Shown here in pieces: positions 53,409 to 64,000 of a DNA stretch of 64,000 nucleotides. Made by a program: the position numbers and the translations under genes. The notes below the pieces were generated by a model. It saw nothing but the letters and a program-made list of their open reading frames with translations. It did no database searches and had not been told where the DNA came from. Each line of letters starts with the position of its first letter. Position 1 is the stretch's first letter. This DNA is from Anthoceros angustus. Lineage: Eukaryota > Plantae > Anthocerotophyta. The stretch spans positions 186,001-250,000 of the forward strand of contig MU008183.1 of NCBI GenBank assembly GCA_010909165.1, in the 5' to 3' direction.

Positions 53409-56400
53409 CTATATATCTATAGCACAAACCTTAGGATAGTACTTGATTGTATCACCAACTGAAAATATATGAACTAGTCCAGTCATGTCTGTCCACAAGC
53501 TCTGACCTCGCTGCTTCCACGCCCCAAATTGTCTCCTCCTCTCCTGCATTTCATGCGCCTGCTCCCACATCTGGACACCAGAGAAAATGTTGGACATCAA
53601 CACATATGCTGCGGCATTCTTCTTGTCCAGCCTCACTGCCTCGTGGAAAGCAAGGCGTCCCAGCTCCACATTACACCATTTTCGACAAGCACCCAGTAGA
53701 GAGTGCCACACCGCAGCGTCGGGCACTACAGGCATTGTCCAGACTAAGGATGCTGCCTCATCCAACTGGCCTGCACGGCCAAGAAGATCCACCATGCATG
53801 TGTAATGCTGTGTGCTGGGATCAATGCCGTAGTGTCTGCTCATAGCATTGAAGTACCCTCGCCCCTCGTCCACGAGCCCAACATGACTGCATACTGCTAA
53901 CACACTGAGGAATGTGATGGCAGATGCATGTAAGCCAACCTGTCCCATTTTGTGAAACAAGGTAAACACCACTTCGCTGTCTCCCTGACGAGTGTAGCCT
54001 GCCATCAGTGCATTCCAGGCGACGTCATCTCTGTCAGGCAAACCATCAAAAACCTCCTGCGCATCGACCATGCTTCCACACTTTCCGTACATGTTTATCA
54101 AACTGTGGGCTACAAGCACATCGGCTTGAAGCCCTTGTTCCTTAACCTGTGCATGAAGGTGCCTTCCCAGCTGTAAAGCAGCCACATTTGCACATGCCTG
54201 CAACAGGCACACGAATGTCACAGAATTGGGTGCGACGATGCCCTCTTCTTGCATACTCTTGTACAGACCGATAGCTTCCTCCCCCATGCCCTGCTGAGAA
54301 TACCCTGCTATCAAGGCACTCCATGTCACCACGTTCTTTTGACCAAGTCTGTCAAATACTTGCCGAGCATCCTCTAGGCTGCCGCACTTTGCATACATGT
54401 TCACCAAAGTGCTAGCTACAAACACATCAGCTTCAAGCCCTTGCTCTCTGATCTGTGCATGAAGCTGCTTTCCTTTACCCAGAGCAGGGGCTCCCACACT
54501 TGCACATGCCTGCAGCAGGGACAGTAGTGTCACAGAATCAGGTACAACGATTCCCTCAAGCTGCATAGCAGTGTGAAGATGAAGCGCTTCCTGACCCATG
54601 CCCTGTTGGGAATATCCTGCCATCATGGCATTCCACGTCCCCGCATTCTTTTGGCCGAGGCTGTCAAAGACGCCCTGAGCAGCCTCTAGGCTGCCGCACT
54701 TTGAATACATGTTTACCAAACTGTTCGCTACAAGTGAATCGCACTGAAGCCCTCGTTCAATAATCTGTGCATGAAGCTGCGCCCCCTTCTCCAAAGCCAG
54801 GTCTCCCACACTTGAACACGCCTGCAGGAGGCACACAAACGTCACAGAATCGGGATGAGCAATGCCTTCTTGTTGCATAGCAGTGTGAAGATGAAGGGCT
54901 TCCAGGCCCATGCCCAGCTGGGAATATGCTGCCATCATGGCATTCCAAGTTACTACGTTTTTCTGACTGATTCCATCAAACACGCTCTGAGCATCTTCTA
55001 CGCTGCCACACTTGGCATACATGTTTATTAAACTGTTGGCCACAAACACATCAGCGTGAAGCCCTCTTTCTCCAATCTCTGCATGAAACTGCTTCCCCTG
55101 CTCCAAAGCCGGAGTACCCACACTTGCACATGCCTGCAGGAGGCACACAAATGTCACGGAATCTGGTGCAACTATGTCTTCTTCTTGCATGCGCCTGTAC
55201 AGGCAAAGGGCTTCTCGCCCCATTCCACGCTGGGCGTATCCTGCTATCATGGCATTCCACATCGCTGCAGTTTTCCAACCAATGGCGTCAAACACACTCT
55301 GAGCATCCACTAGGCTGCCACATTTTGCATACATGTTGACCAAACTGCTGACTACGAACACATCAGCTTGAAGTCTGTATTCTCTGATTTGTGCATGCAG
55401 CTGTTTCCCTTTCTCCAAAGCCTGGGTGCCCAGAGTTGCACATGCCTGCAGGAGGCACACAAATGTCACAGAATCCGGAGTAGCCATTCCTTCTTCTTCC
55501 ATAGCACTGTGAACCTGAAGTGCTTCATGACCCATATCCTGCTGGGAATATCCTGCTATCATGGCATTCCAGGTCACCAAATGTTTTAGACCAAGTTCGT
55601 CAAACACAGCCCGAGCATCCACTAGGCTGCCACACTTTGCATACATGCTTATCAAACTGCTGGCTACATGCACATCCGCTTGCAGCCCTCTTTCTCCAAT
55701 CTCTGCATGAAACTGCTTCCCCTGCTCCAAAGCCGGAGTACCCACACTTGCACATGCCTGCAGGAGGCACACAAATGTCACGGAATCTGGTGCAACTATG
55801 TCTTCTTCTTGCATGCGCCTGTACAGGCAAAGGGCTTCTCGCCCCATTCCACGCTGGGCGTATCCTGCTATCATGGCATTCCACATCGCTGCAGTTTTCC
55901 AACCAATGGCGTCAAACACACTCTGAGCATCCACTAGGCTGCCACATTTTGCATACATGTTGACCAAACTGCTGACTACGAACACATCAGCTTGAAGTCT
56001 GTATTCTCTGATTTGTGCATGCAGCTGTTTCCCTTTCTCCAAAGCCTGGGTGCCCAGAGTTGCACATGCCTGCAGGAGGCACACAAATGTCACAGAATCC
56101 GGAGTAGCCATTCCTTCTTCTTCCATAGCACTGTGAACCTGAAGTGCTTCATGACCCATATCCTGCTGGGAATATCCTGCTATCATGGCATTCCAGGTCA
56201 CCAAATGTTTTAGACCAAGTTCGTCAAACACAGCCCGAGCATCCACTAGGCTGCCACACTTTGCATACATGCTTATCAAACTGCTGGCTACATGCACATC
56301 CGCTTGCACTCCTCGTTCTCTAGTTTGCGCATGAAGCTGCTTCCCCTTCTCTAGACCTGCGACGCCCAAACTTGCACATGCCTGGAGGAGGCATGTAAAC

Positions 56401-58378
56401 GTCACAGGATTGGGTGCAACAATGCCTTCTTCTTGCATGGCCCGGTACAGATGGAGGGCCTCCTGCCCGTTGCCCTGGTGTGAATACCCTGCTATCATTG
56501 CATTCCATGTCACCACATTTTTGTCACTAAGTCTGTCAAACACTTTTCGAGCGTCTCCCAAGCTGCCACACTTGGCATACATGTCCACCAAGCAACTGCA
56601 GATAAACAAGTCAGGCTCAACCCCACTGACTAGCACATCCGTATGCACCTGCTGCCCAGTTTTTAAGTCTGCTCCCCTTGCACAAGCCTGAAGGGCTGCT
56701 ACAAAAACATGGCCATCTGGCGTCACACTTGACCTTCGCATCTGGTGATACAGATGTACGGCCTGCTTATCTTGTCCATGTTCAACATGTGCAGAGATTA
56801 TGGAGGACCACATAAAGGCATCCGGTTTGTCCACCACTGAAAACACATCCATCGCTTCTTGCAACCTGCCATGAGAAGCATACATCCGCAGGATGTGGTT
56901 GCACAGGAACGTATCCAACTCATACCCGTTTTTCGCAGCGAGAGCATGTACAAGGCGACCCAGCACCACATCCCTCTCAAGCATACAATTTTTCAGGACT
57001 GTATACAAAAGATATCGAGAAACTCGACAGCCTGACTGTACCAGAACTCCCAGAGCCTCAACAGCCTCCAAAAGCTGCCCCTGCCCGCAAAGTCGGATTA
57101 CAGTTTCAGCAGTCACGCCCCTTTCGTCTCCTGCAGAACTATGAGGGTCACCATTATTGGCCAGGGTCCAGTTGGATCTACAACCCATCCGCCTGTCCGC
57201 AGCAGCCAGCCGTCCATCCACCCAAGCTGGCTTGTCCAGATTGTTTAACCATACGATTTCCTCGAAATCACGCTGCCAGCTCTTGCGACAGTGCCTGTTA
57301 TCCCACAGCCACAGGCGATCACCCACAGCCAGACATTCTTTTAAATGGGAAGAGTTCGTGGCAAGGGGCCGCCCCTGGAGGCTTGATCCATGGCACACCT
57401 CCCCTCAATTTGCCTTTGTCAGGTCCGGAAAAGCCGCAGAACCCGAGCCACAAGGCTTCTTGTCTCGATGGGTATGAAGCCCAACAAGTCGGACGGCCAT
57501 GATGAGAGGAAGCAGATGGCAATCCGATGGAGTCACGCCCAGACCCAAAACCCAGCTCCAGTGCGCCAGCTGGGCTGGTTGCGCAATCGACAGTCTCCGC
57601 ATCCCCATTGCAAACGCAGAATTGCCAGCTTCTGCAACCTGCCATGAGAAGCATACATCCGCAGGATGTGGTTGCACAGGAACGTATCCAACTCATACCC
57701 GTTTTTCGCAGCGAGAGCATGTACAAGGCGACCCAGCACCACATCCCTCTCAAGCATACAATTTTTCAGGACTGTATACAAAAGATATCGAGAAACTCGA
57801 CAGCCTGACTGTACCAGAACTCCCAGAGCCTCAACAGCCTCCAAAAGCTGCCCCTGCCCGCAAAGTCGGATTACAGTTTCAGCAGTCACGCCCCTTTCGT
57901 CTCCTGCAGAACTATGAGGGTCACCATTATTGGCCAGGGTCCAGTTGGATCTACAACCCATCCGCCTGTCCGCAGCAGCCAGCCGTCCATCCACCCAAGC
58001 TGGCTTGTCCAGATTGTTTAACCATACGATTTCCTCGAAATCACGCTGCCAGCTCTTGCGACAGTGCCTGTTATCCCACAGCCACAGGCGATCACCCACA
58101 GCCAGACATTCTTTTAAATGGGAAGAGTTCGTGGCAAGGGGGCCGCCCCTGGAGGCTTGATCCATGGCACACCTCCCCCTCCAATTTGCCTTTGTCAGGT
58201 CCGGAAAAGCCGCAGAACCCGAGCCACAAGGCTTCTTGTCTCGATGGGTATGAAGCCCAACAAGTCGGACGGCCATGATGAGAGGAAGCAGATGGCAATC
58301 CGATGGAGTCACGCCCAGACCCAAAACCCAGCTCCAGTGCGCCAGCTGGGCTGGTTGCGCAATCGACAGTCTCCGCAT
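53409..58378 (-). CDS. Long PLS-class PPR protein with E1/E2/E+ tail (no DYW catalytic domain) and a degenerate N-terminal PDF motif; 5' end tandemly duplicated
   Basis: 1329-codon open frame of ~104-aa P-L-S triplets ending HYTCMVDLLGRAG...WHSLLGAC...YVLMSNI...KQRGQSLW...HIFSVGD. The probable true start MRRLSIAQ is at 58378, in the cleaner upstream duplicate. Confidence 0.93.
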
Positions 58379-59738
58379 CCCCCATTGCAAACGCAGAATT
58401 GCCAGCTTCCGCACACTCTTTCAGCACCAAGTTTCAATCAAGTAGACGAGGCATCCCGCACTGCCCTGTTCGAATAGCTAGAATAGAACCCATGCTTCTG
58501 CTGTTCTCAACATCACGATGTTTCGCTTGAGCACGAAGGTTGACAAGAACATGTCAACACATCCAACGCTGCTCATATAGTAACTTTGGCATATTATTAT
58601 AAAGAAGAACAAAAGAATATGTTTTAGTCCACTTTGGGACGGAATTTTCTGTCATGAACTTGTACTTAACAACTTATACCATGGTGTGCCCAAGCTACTT
58701 GCGGCCGAGCATTCACTTCCTTTAGGCACCCTATCTAAGTACTCATCTAAGTACAGGATGCTTAATAACGGCGTTCTTATAAATGTGTGTCCACCTAAGC
58801 TATTTGGACACACATTAAAAATATAGTCTACATGTTGTAGTTTGAACAAAATCTGGTAGAGATACATATGAGCTTCTATCACTAGTCCAAACACAATTGG
58901 GAAGGAATATATAGTGGGTTTGTCCTTTTTGGCTGGGGTTTGTCATGCTCCTTTGCACTTGTGTATAATGTAATTTGTGGTCTACTATATAATATAGACC
59001 TTATGGTGCAAGACCACCATGTCCCTTCCATTTGCCTCCTCTTCTCACTAGGTGTTGTGAGACCTATGTGGTGTTGTTGGTACTATGGGCTTTGTTATAA
59101 TTGCTGTCGAGTGAGACTTCACCTTTTCATTTGGTTTGAAATGGCATATGGCGTTCTTGAGGGTGATATACAGAGTTGAGGGTGATATACACAATAACAT
59201 ATAGTCTCGTCTAATGCTTACTTGTAGACTAGTCTTGTATTCGTCACATGTGAATATAGTTAGAGTAGATAAACAGTCAAACACACTCTGAATATTTACT
59301 AAGCTGTCACATTTTGTATGCTATTTAATAAACTTATGGCTACATATACATGAACTTAAAGTCTGTATCTTTCTTATTTAGTGGGTGCAGTTGCTTCCCT
59401 TCTCCAAACCTTGGGTGCCCACTGTTGCACATGCTTGCCTGCAGGGATGTTGTGCCAAAAAGTGTAGGGATGATGTACCAATAAGTCATGGTGTCCTCAT
59501 AGATTGTCTGGCCATCAAAGTTCCTCTATAGCATGTGAAGGCCCATCATCGGCACTTTGTCCCTCCATATTTGATACCATACAAATATGTATGAGTGTAT
59601 TGAGGGAGTAACGAGAGAGAAGGAAATGTCCAAATGTCCATCTGCATAGGATAACCAAGGACATGCTTAAGTAGTCGAAGCGCAGATGGAAACATGTAGC
59701 AATACTATGTCCATTTGGCTTGCTGTCGGCTCTTAGCG

Positions 59739-60764
59739 ATGGACGCTGGACTCCGTGATGAGGAGCCAGAGGATCAAGTGTTGAGCGAAGTGCACATTGG
59801 ATGTCATCCCAGCCTGGTTTCACATATTTCCACCTTCACCATTGAGGAGCCAGGCTCGTTGGCTGATTCAACAAGGCAATCAGAAGACGCAGAAAAGCAG
59901 GAACAGCAGCAGGAGCAGGATCAGGGGCCGAAGCTGGATGAGAACGGTGACATGGTCCTGGTTCGAAGGAAGCAGCGATGGCAGCGTTGCTCTGACAGGC
60001 AGATGCTGGTGATCAACCACCGGCTGGCCACAGGCCTGCCCCGGGTCGGCCTCCAGGTGTGGAAGGGAGGTTTGCTGCTGGCCGACTTCCTGCTGAGCAA
60101 TCCCGAGTGCTGCCAAGGCGCGGCGGTTGTGGAGCTGGGGGCGGGGACTGGCGTGGCAGGAATTGTGGCAGGCCGAGCTGCCAGAACCGTCTTCCTCACG
60201 GACACGGGCACAGACGTGCTGGACAATTGCGTGCGCAACGTAAGGCTGAACGCGGACCTCTTTGGCTATGGCGGATCCGACGTCAGGGTTCGGGAGCTGG
60301 ACTGGCTGCAGCCATGGCCGCCGCTGAGCGGAGCGCCCGGCCCTTATGCTTGGACTTCCGCGGATATGCAGGATGCTGAGCGCGCGGCCGTGCTGCTTGC
60401 CGCGGATGTGATCTACAGCCCCGAGATGACCTTCGCGTTCTTTCATCTGTTGGAGCAGATGATGCCTGCGGGATCCTCCAAGGTTCTGTACCTGGCGATG
60501 GAGAAGCGGTACAATTTCAGCATCCGTGACTGCGATGTGGTGGCAAATTGCTACAAGGAGTTCCGCAGCTGCGTCTGCGACGAGAGTGCGGTCTCGGACT
60601 CGGACGAGCTTCAATGGCGGTTTAGGTTTTCTGGAGAGCAGGTGCCCGTGGATCTGATTCCACAGACTGTCGCTGGCTACGAGAGGGGAAGGGATTTGGA
60701 GCTGTGGAGGATCACGAGACGAGAACTCGCTGGCTCCGCTCTGGCAGAGACAATGTCACATTGA
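59739..60764 (+). CDS. METTL22-like lysine methyltransferase (Methyltransf_16 family), intronless
   Basis: VLSEVHIGC, VGLQVWKGGLLLADF, VELGAGTG, VFLTD, VRELDW, LAADVIYS, and LYLAMEKRYNFS. Confidence 0.9.
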   Translation: MDAGLRDEEPEDQVLSEVHIGCHPSLVSHISTFTIEEPGSLADSTRQSEDAEKQEQQQEQDQGPKLDENGDMVLVRRKQRWQRCSDRQMLVINHRLATGLPRVGLQVWKGGLLLADFLLSNPECCQGAAVVELGAGTGVAGIVAGRAARTVFLTDTGTDVLDNCVRNVRLNADLFGYGGSDVRVRELDWLQPWPPLSGAPGPYAWTSADMQDAERAAVLLAADVIYSPEMTFAFFHLLEQMMPAGSSKVLYLAMEKRYNFSIRDCDVVANCYKEFRSCVCDESAVSDSDELQWRFRFSGEQVPVDLIPQTVAGYERGRDLELWRITRRELAGSALAETMSH

Positions 60765-63700
60765 AGGAAAACGTTTGTGAGCGATGGGAACGTGCCTTGT
60801 GAGGGCGGAGCGGCCGGATTTCAGGTTCACAGGCCGCTGCGTGGAGAACATGGTGGCTTGTGTGTACAAGGGGATGGTGCGATGCGGGTGGAGCGCCTGG
60901 CTGGGCCCCGGAGGAGGCTCCTGCGGGGTCTGCGTGGTGATGTCGTACTCGGTCTTGGCACGCTTCCCCCTGGAGAAATTCTTTCTCATGGCGCGCAAGG
61001 ATCTTTGGAGATCGATGTAGAGCCCGTTGGCGCCCGGAGTGCGGCGTTGCCACCACCCAAAAAGGAGCTCCCCGAACCATTCCACGTAGTCCTTGAGCAT
61101 GGGGATGACGGCGAAGAACACCAGGAACATGCCTCCCACGATGCTGGACAGGAGCATGGAGAGCCAGGTGTTCGGCGGAAGGTTCCCCAGCCCGGCTGTG
61201 ACGAAGGCCCCGATGACGAAGGCTGTGGAGATGGTGAGGCTGGAGGACGTGTAGGCTATACCTTTGCGGAGCTTCTTCACCTCCTTCTCGATGAAGTGTT
61301 CCGGCTTGGGCATGACGATGCGGATGGAGAGCACCAGAGTGTAGACGGCGAAGAAGAAGGAGAGGGTGTTGAAGGACCAGAATCCCCTCACAGCCCAGGG
61401 TCTGTAAGTCCCGAAGGCCCCGCCGAAAGGGGGCTGCAGGAACCCGCCGAAGGTGACGCTGGCGATGAGAGAGCCGCCTACGATTAGGGCGTTGGCGGCG
61501 TTGTGGAAGCTCTGCTTGTCCTGGAACATCCTCTCCATGAACATGCGTACGTCCTTCCTTCCCAGGAGGCAATCCATGGCTTCTTGCCACTCGTACCACA
61601 CTAGTTGCAGTGCCCTCTGCTTGTCTTGGTTTTTCATGTTTGCCTGCAGCTTGCGTTCTCCGCACACCAGGTTGATGATGTGTATTCTCCTCTCGTATAT
61701 TGCGATGTGCAGGACGGTGTCTCCTGTGCTGGTTTGCGCATTGAGCTCCAGAGCGGGGATTTCCAGCATCCTTGTGAACACATCCAACTGGCCCCGGTGG
61801 GCAGCAATGTGGAGTGGCGTCATGTTGGAGTAGCATCTGTCAGCATGTACTTGTCTGCTGGTTTGCGTTGACGGGAGCCCTGTAGAACTGTTCTTGGGGT
61901 GTAAGGCACGGTTTATCAAAGCCTCCACCCTGGTCTGAGCATTCTGGACTTCGGCGTTGCCACCACCCAAAAGGAGCTCCCGAACCATTCCACGTAGTCC
62001 TTGAGCATGGGGATGACGGCGAAGAACACCAGGAACATGCCTCCCACGATGCTGGACAGGAGCATGGAGAGCCAGGTGTTCGGCGGAAGGTTCCCAGCCC
62101 GGCTGTGAGGCCCCGATGACGAAGGCTGTGGAGATGGTGAGGCTGGAGGACGTGTAGGCTATACCTTTGCGGAGCTTCTTCACCTCCTTCTCGATGAAGT
62201 GTTCCGGCTTGGGCATGACGATGCGGATGGAGAGCACCAGAGTGTAGACGGCGAAGAAGAAGGAGAGGGTGTTGAAGGACCAGAATCCCCTCACAGCCCA
62301 GGGTCTGTAAGTCCCGAAGGCCCCGCCGAAAGGGGCTGCAGGAACCCGCCGAAGGTGACGCTGGCGATGAGAGAGCCGCCTACGATTAGGGCGTTGGCGG
62401 CGTTGTGGAAGCTCTGCTTGTCCTGGAACATCCTCTCCATGAACATGCGTACGTCCTTCCTTCCCAGGAGGCAATCCATGGCTTCTTGCCACTGTACCAC
62501 ACTAGTTGCAGTGCCCTCTGCTTGTCTTGGTTTTCATGTTTGCCTGCAGCTTGCGTTCTCCGCACACCAGGTTGATGATGTGTATTCTCCTCTCGTATAT
62601 TGCGATGTGCAGGACGGTGTCTCCTGTGCTGGTTTGCGCATTGAGCTCCAGAGCGGGGATTTCCAGCATCCTTGTGAACACATCCAACTGGCCCCGGTGG
62701 GCAGCAATGTGGAGTGGCGTCATGTTGGAGTAGCATCTGTCAGCATGTACTTGTCTGCTGGTTTGCGTTGACGGGAGCCCTGTAGAACTGTTCTTGGGGT
62801 GTAAGGCACGGTTTATCAAAGCCTCCACCCTGGTCTGAGCATTCTGGACTTCGGCTGTGCCACTTGCCAACAACTGCCGCAAAGCCTGTAGAGCGGGGCC
62901 TACTCTTGAGCCTGAGAGCATCTTCATCAAGTGGTCCAGTCTGTCCTGATCAACTCCTGGGGCAGTGAGTATCTGCCGGAGCACCTCGAGATGGTCTCGG
63001 TAGGTAGCCGCATGCGGATCACACAAGCGAGCGGAGCATTTGTCACCGTGCTTGAGAATGTGGAATTCTGTGTGGGCATTCACATTCAGCTTGTACTGGG
63101 AGAGCAGCTGGATGAGAACATCTTCGTGGCCCCAGTAAGCTGCGAGATGCAGAGATGTCATTCCCTTGTAGTTATGGCCGTTGAGGATGAAGTTGCAGCT
63201 GCCGGTCTTGGTGTTCAGCAGCATCCCCGTTCTCAGATCATTCACCAGAATCCCTAGGATATCAGATTGGCCCCTGTAAGCAGCAATGTGGACGGCAGTC
63301 ATATAGTCACACTGGGAATACTTGTCGGGGTAGAATCTCAGGCCCTTGGTCCGCATCATCACATCCACTCTCTGATCTGCTAGCAACTTGGCCAAGACTT
63401 CCAGATTCCTTCCCCACAGGGCGGCGCAGTGGAGAGGACTCGTCCCATACTGCTCCTCAACAGCGTTCACTTCAATGGCGCCGTGCAAGAGCAGCTCAGT
63501 CACGACATTCACATTGCCCATCTCTGCAGCCAGATGAAGAGCAGTGTCTCCCCGCTTCTCAAATCCCTCTCTTGCAAACACCACAGTGCTGTGGACCGTG
63601 GCATCCACCAGCTGAGGGCGAAGGAGTTTCCAGGAAACCTTTGCCATCTCCTCAAGGGCAGCCTCACTGATGGCACCAGTGCCGACCTTGGCATTGATTT

Positions 63701-64000
63701 GGATCTGGGCATGGTGGATAAGCAGCTTCACCACCTCAACCTGGTCACCAGGCATCCAACAGGCCACATGCAACGGAGTGAACTTCCCAACTTCGTCCTT
63801 GGGATTCACATCAATCTCTGGATCCGCCAGCAACACTTTGACAACAGCAGAATGGCCGTGCCGACAGGCATAGTGAAGGGCAGTGCGTTGCAGGCAGTCC
63901 TTGGCATTGATGAAATCTGCAGAGGCCTTGCGGAGGGCCTTGCGGGACGCCGAGAGCAGAACCTGAACGACTTCCGCATGCCCCACATCTGCTGCCATGT
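60756..64000 (-). CDS. Ankyrin-repeat protein with C-terminal PGG transmembrane domain (ACD6/ITN1-like); 5' end probably beyond the window; contains a ~900-bp tandem duplication
   Basis: Ankyrin repeats (RTALHYAC, FTPLHVAC, DTALHLAA, TSPLHCAA, TSLHLAA, TPLHIAA, DTVLHIAI), then ANALIVGGSLIASVTFGGFLQPPFGG and hydrophobic helices. Confidence 0.9.

Noticed and set aside
60712-61836. 374-aa alternative-frame ORF and the overlapping plus-strand ORFs
   Set aside because: Off-frame or antisense readings of the GC-rich ankyrin-PGG CDS.

Overview
Gene-dense nuclear DNA from a land plant. Short GT-AG introns, PLS-class PPR genes and a SABATH methyltransferase suggest a compact non-seed-plant genome, hornwort- or lycophyte-like; this is inference and the taxon cannot be fixed from the sequence. 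Recognisable genes in order: a frameshifted PLS-PPR gene with a paralogous fragment fused to a kelch relic; a CWC21/SRRM2-like splicing factor; intronless arginine decarboxylase; a SABATH methyltransferase plus relics; a sphingomyelin-synthase-like PAP2_C protein head-to-head with TOUGH (TGH); tRNA-Glu(TTC); an 8-unit polyubiquitin; VIP3/SKI8; a long PLS-E+ PPR; a METTL22-like methyltransferase; and an ankyrin-PGG membrane protein. The 22-34 kb block is repeat-rich and holds Ty3/gypsy relics and a Ty1/copia element with both LTRs and a 5-bp TSD. The best candidate for new biology is that both PPR genes carry an N-terminal motif matching the PDF motif of organellar ssDNA-binding (OSB) proteins, intact in one and degenerate in the other. 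The window also has several microhomology-bounded duplications and one inversion. Several extra copies show almost only small deletions, so they may be assembly or chimeric-read artefacts and need raw-read validation.
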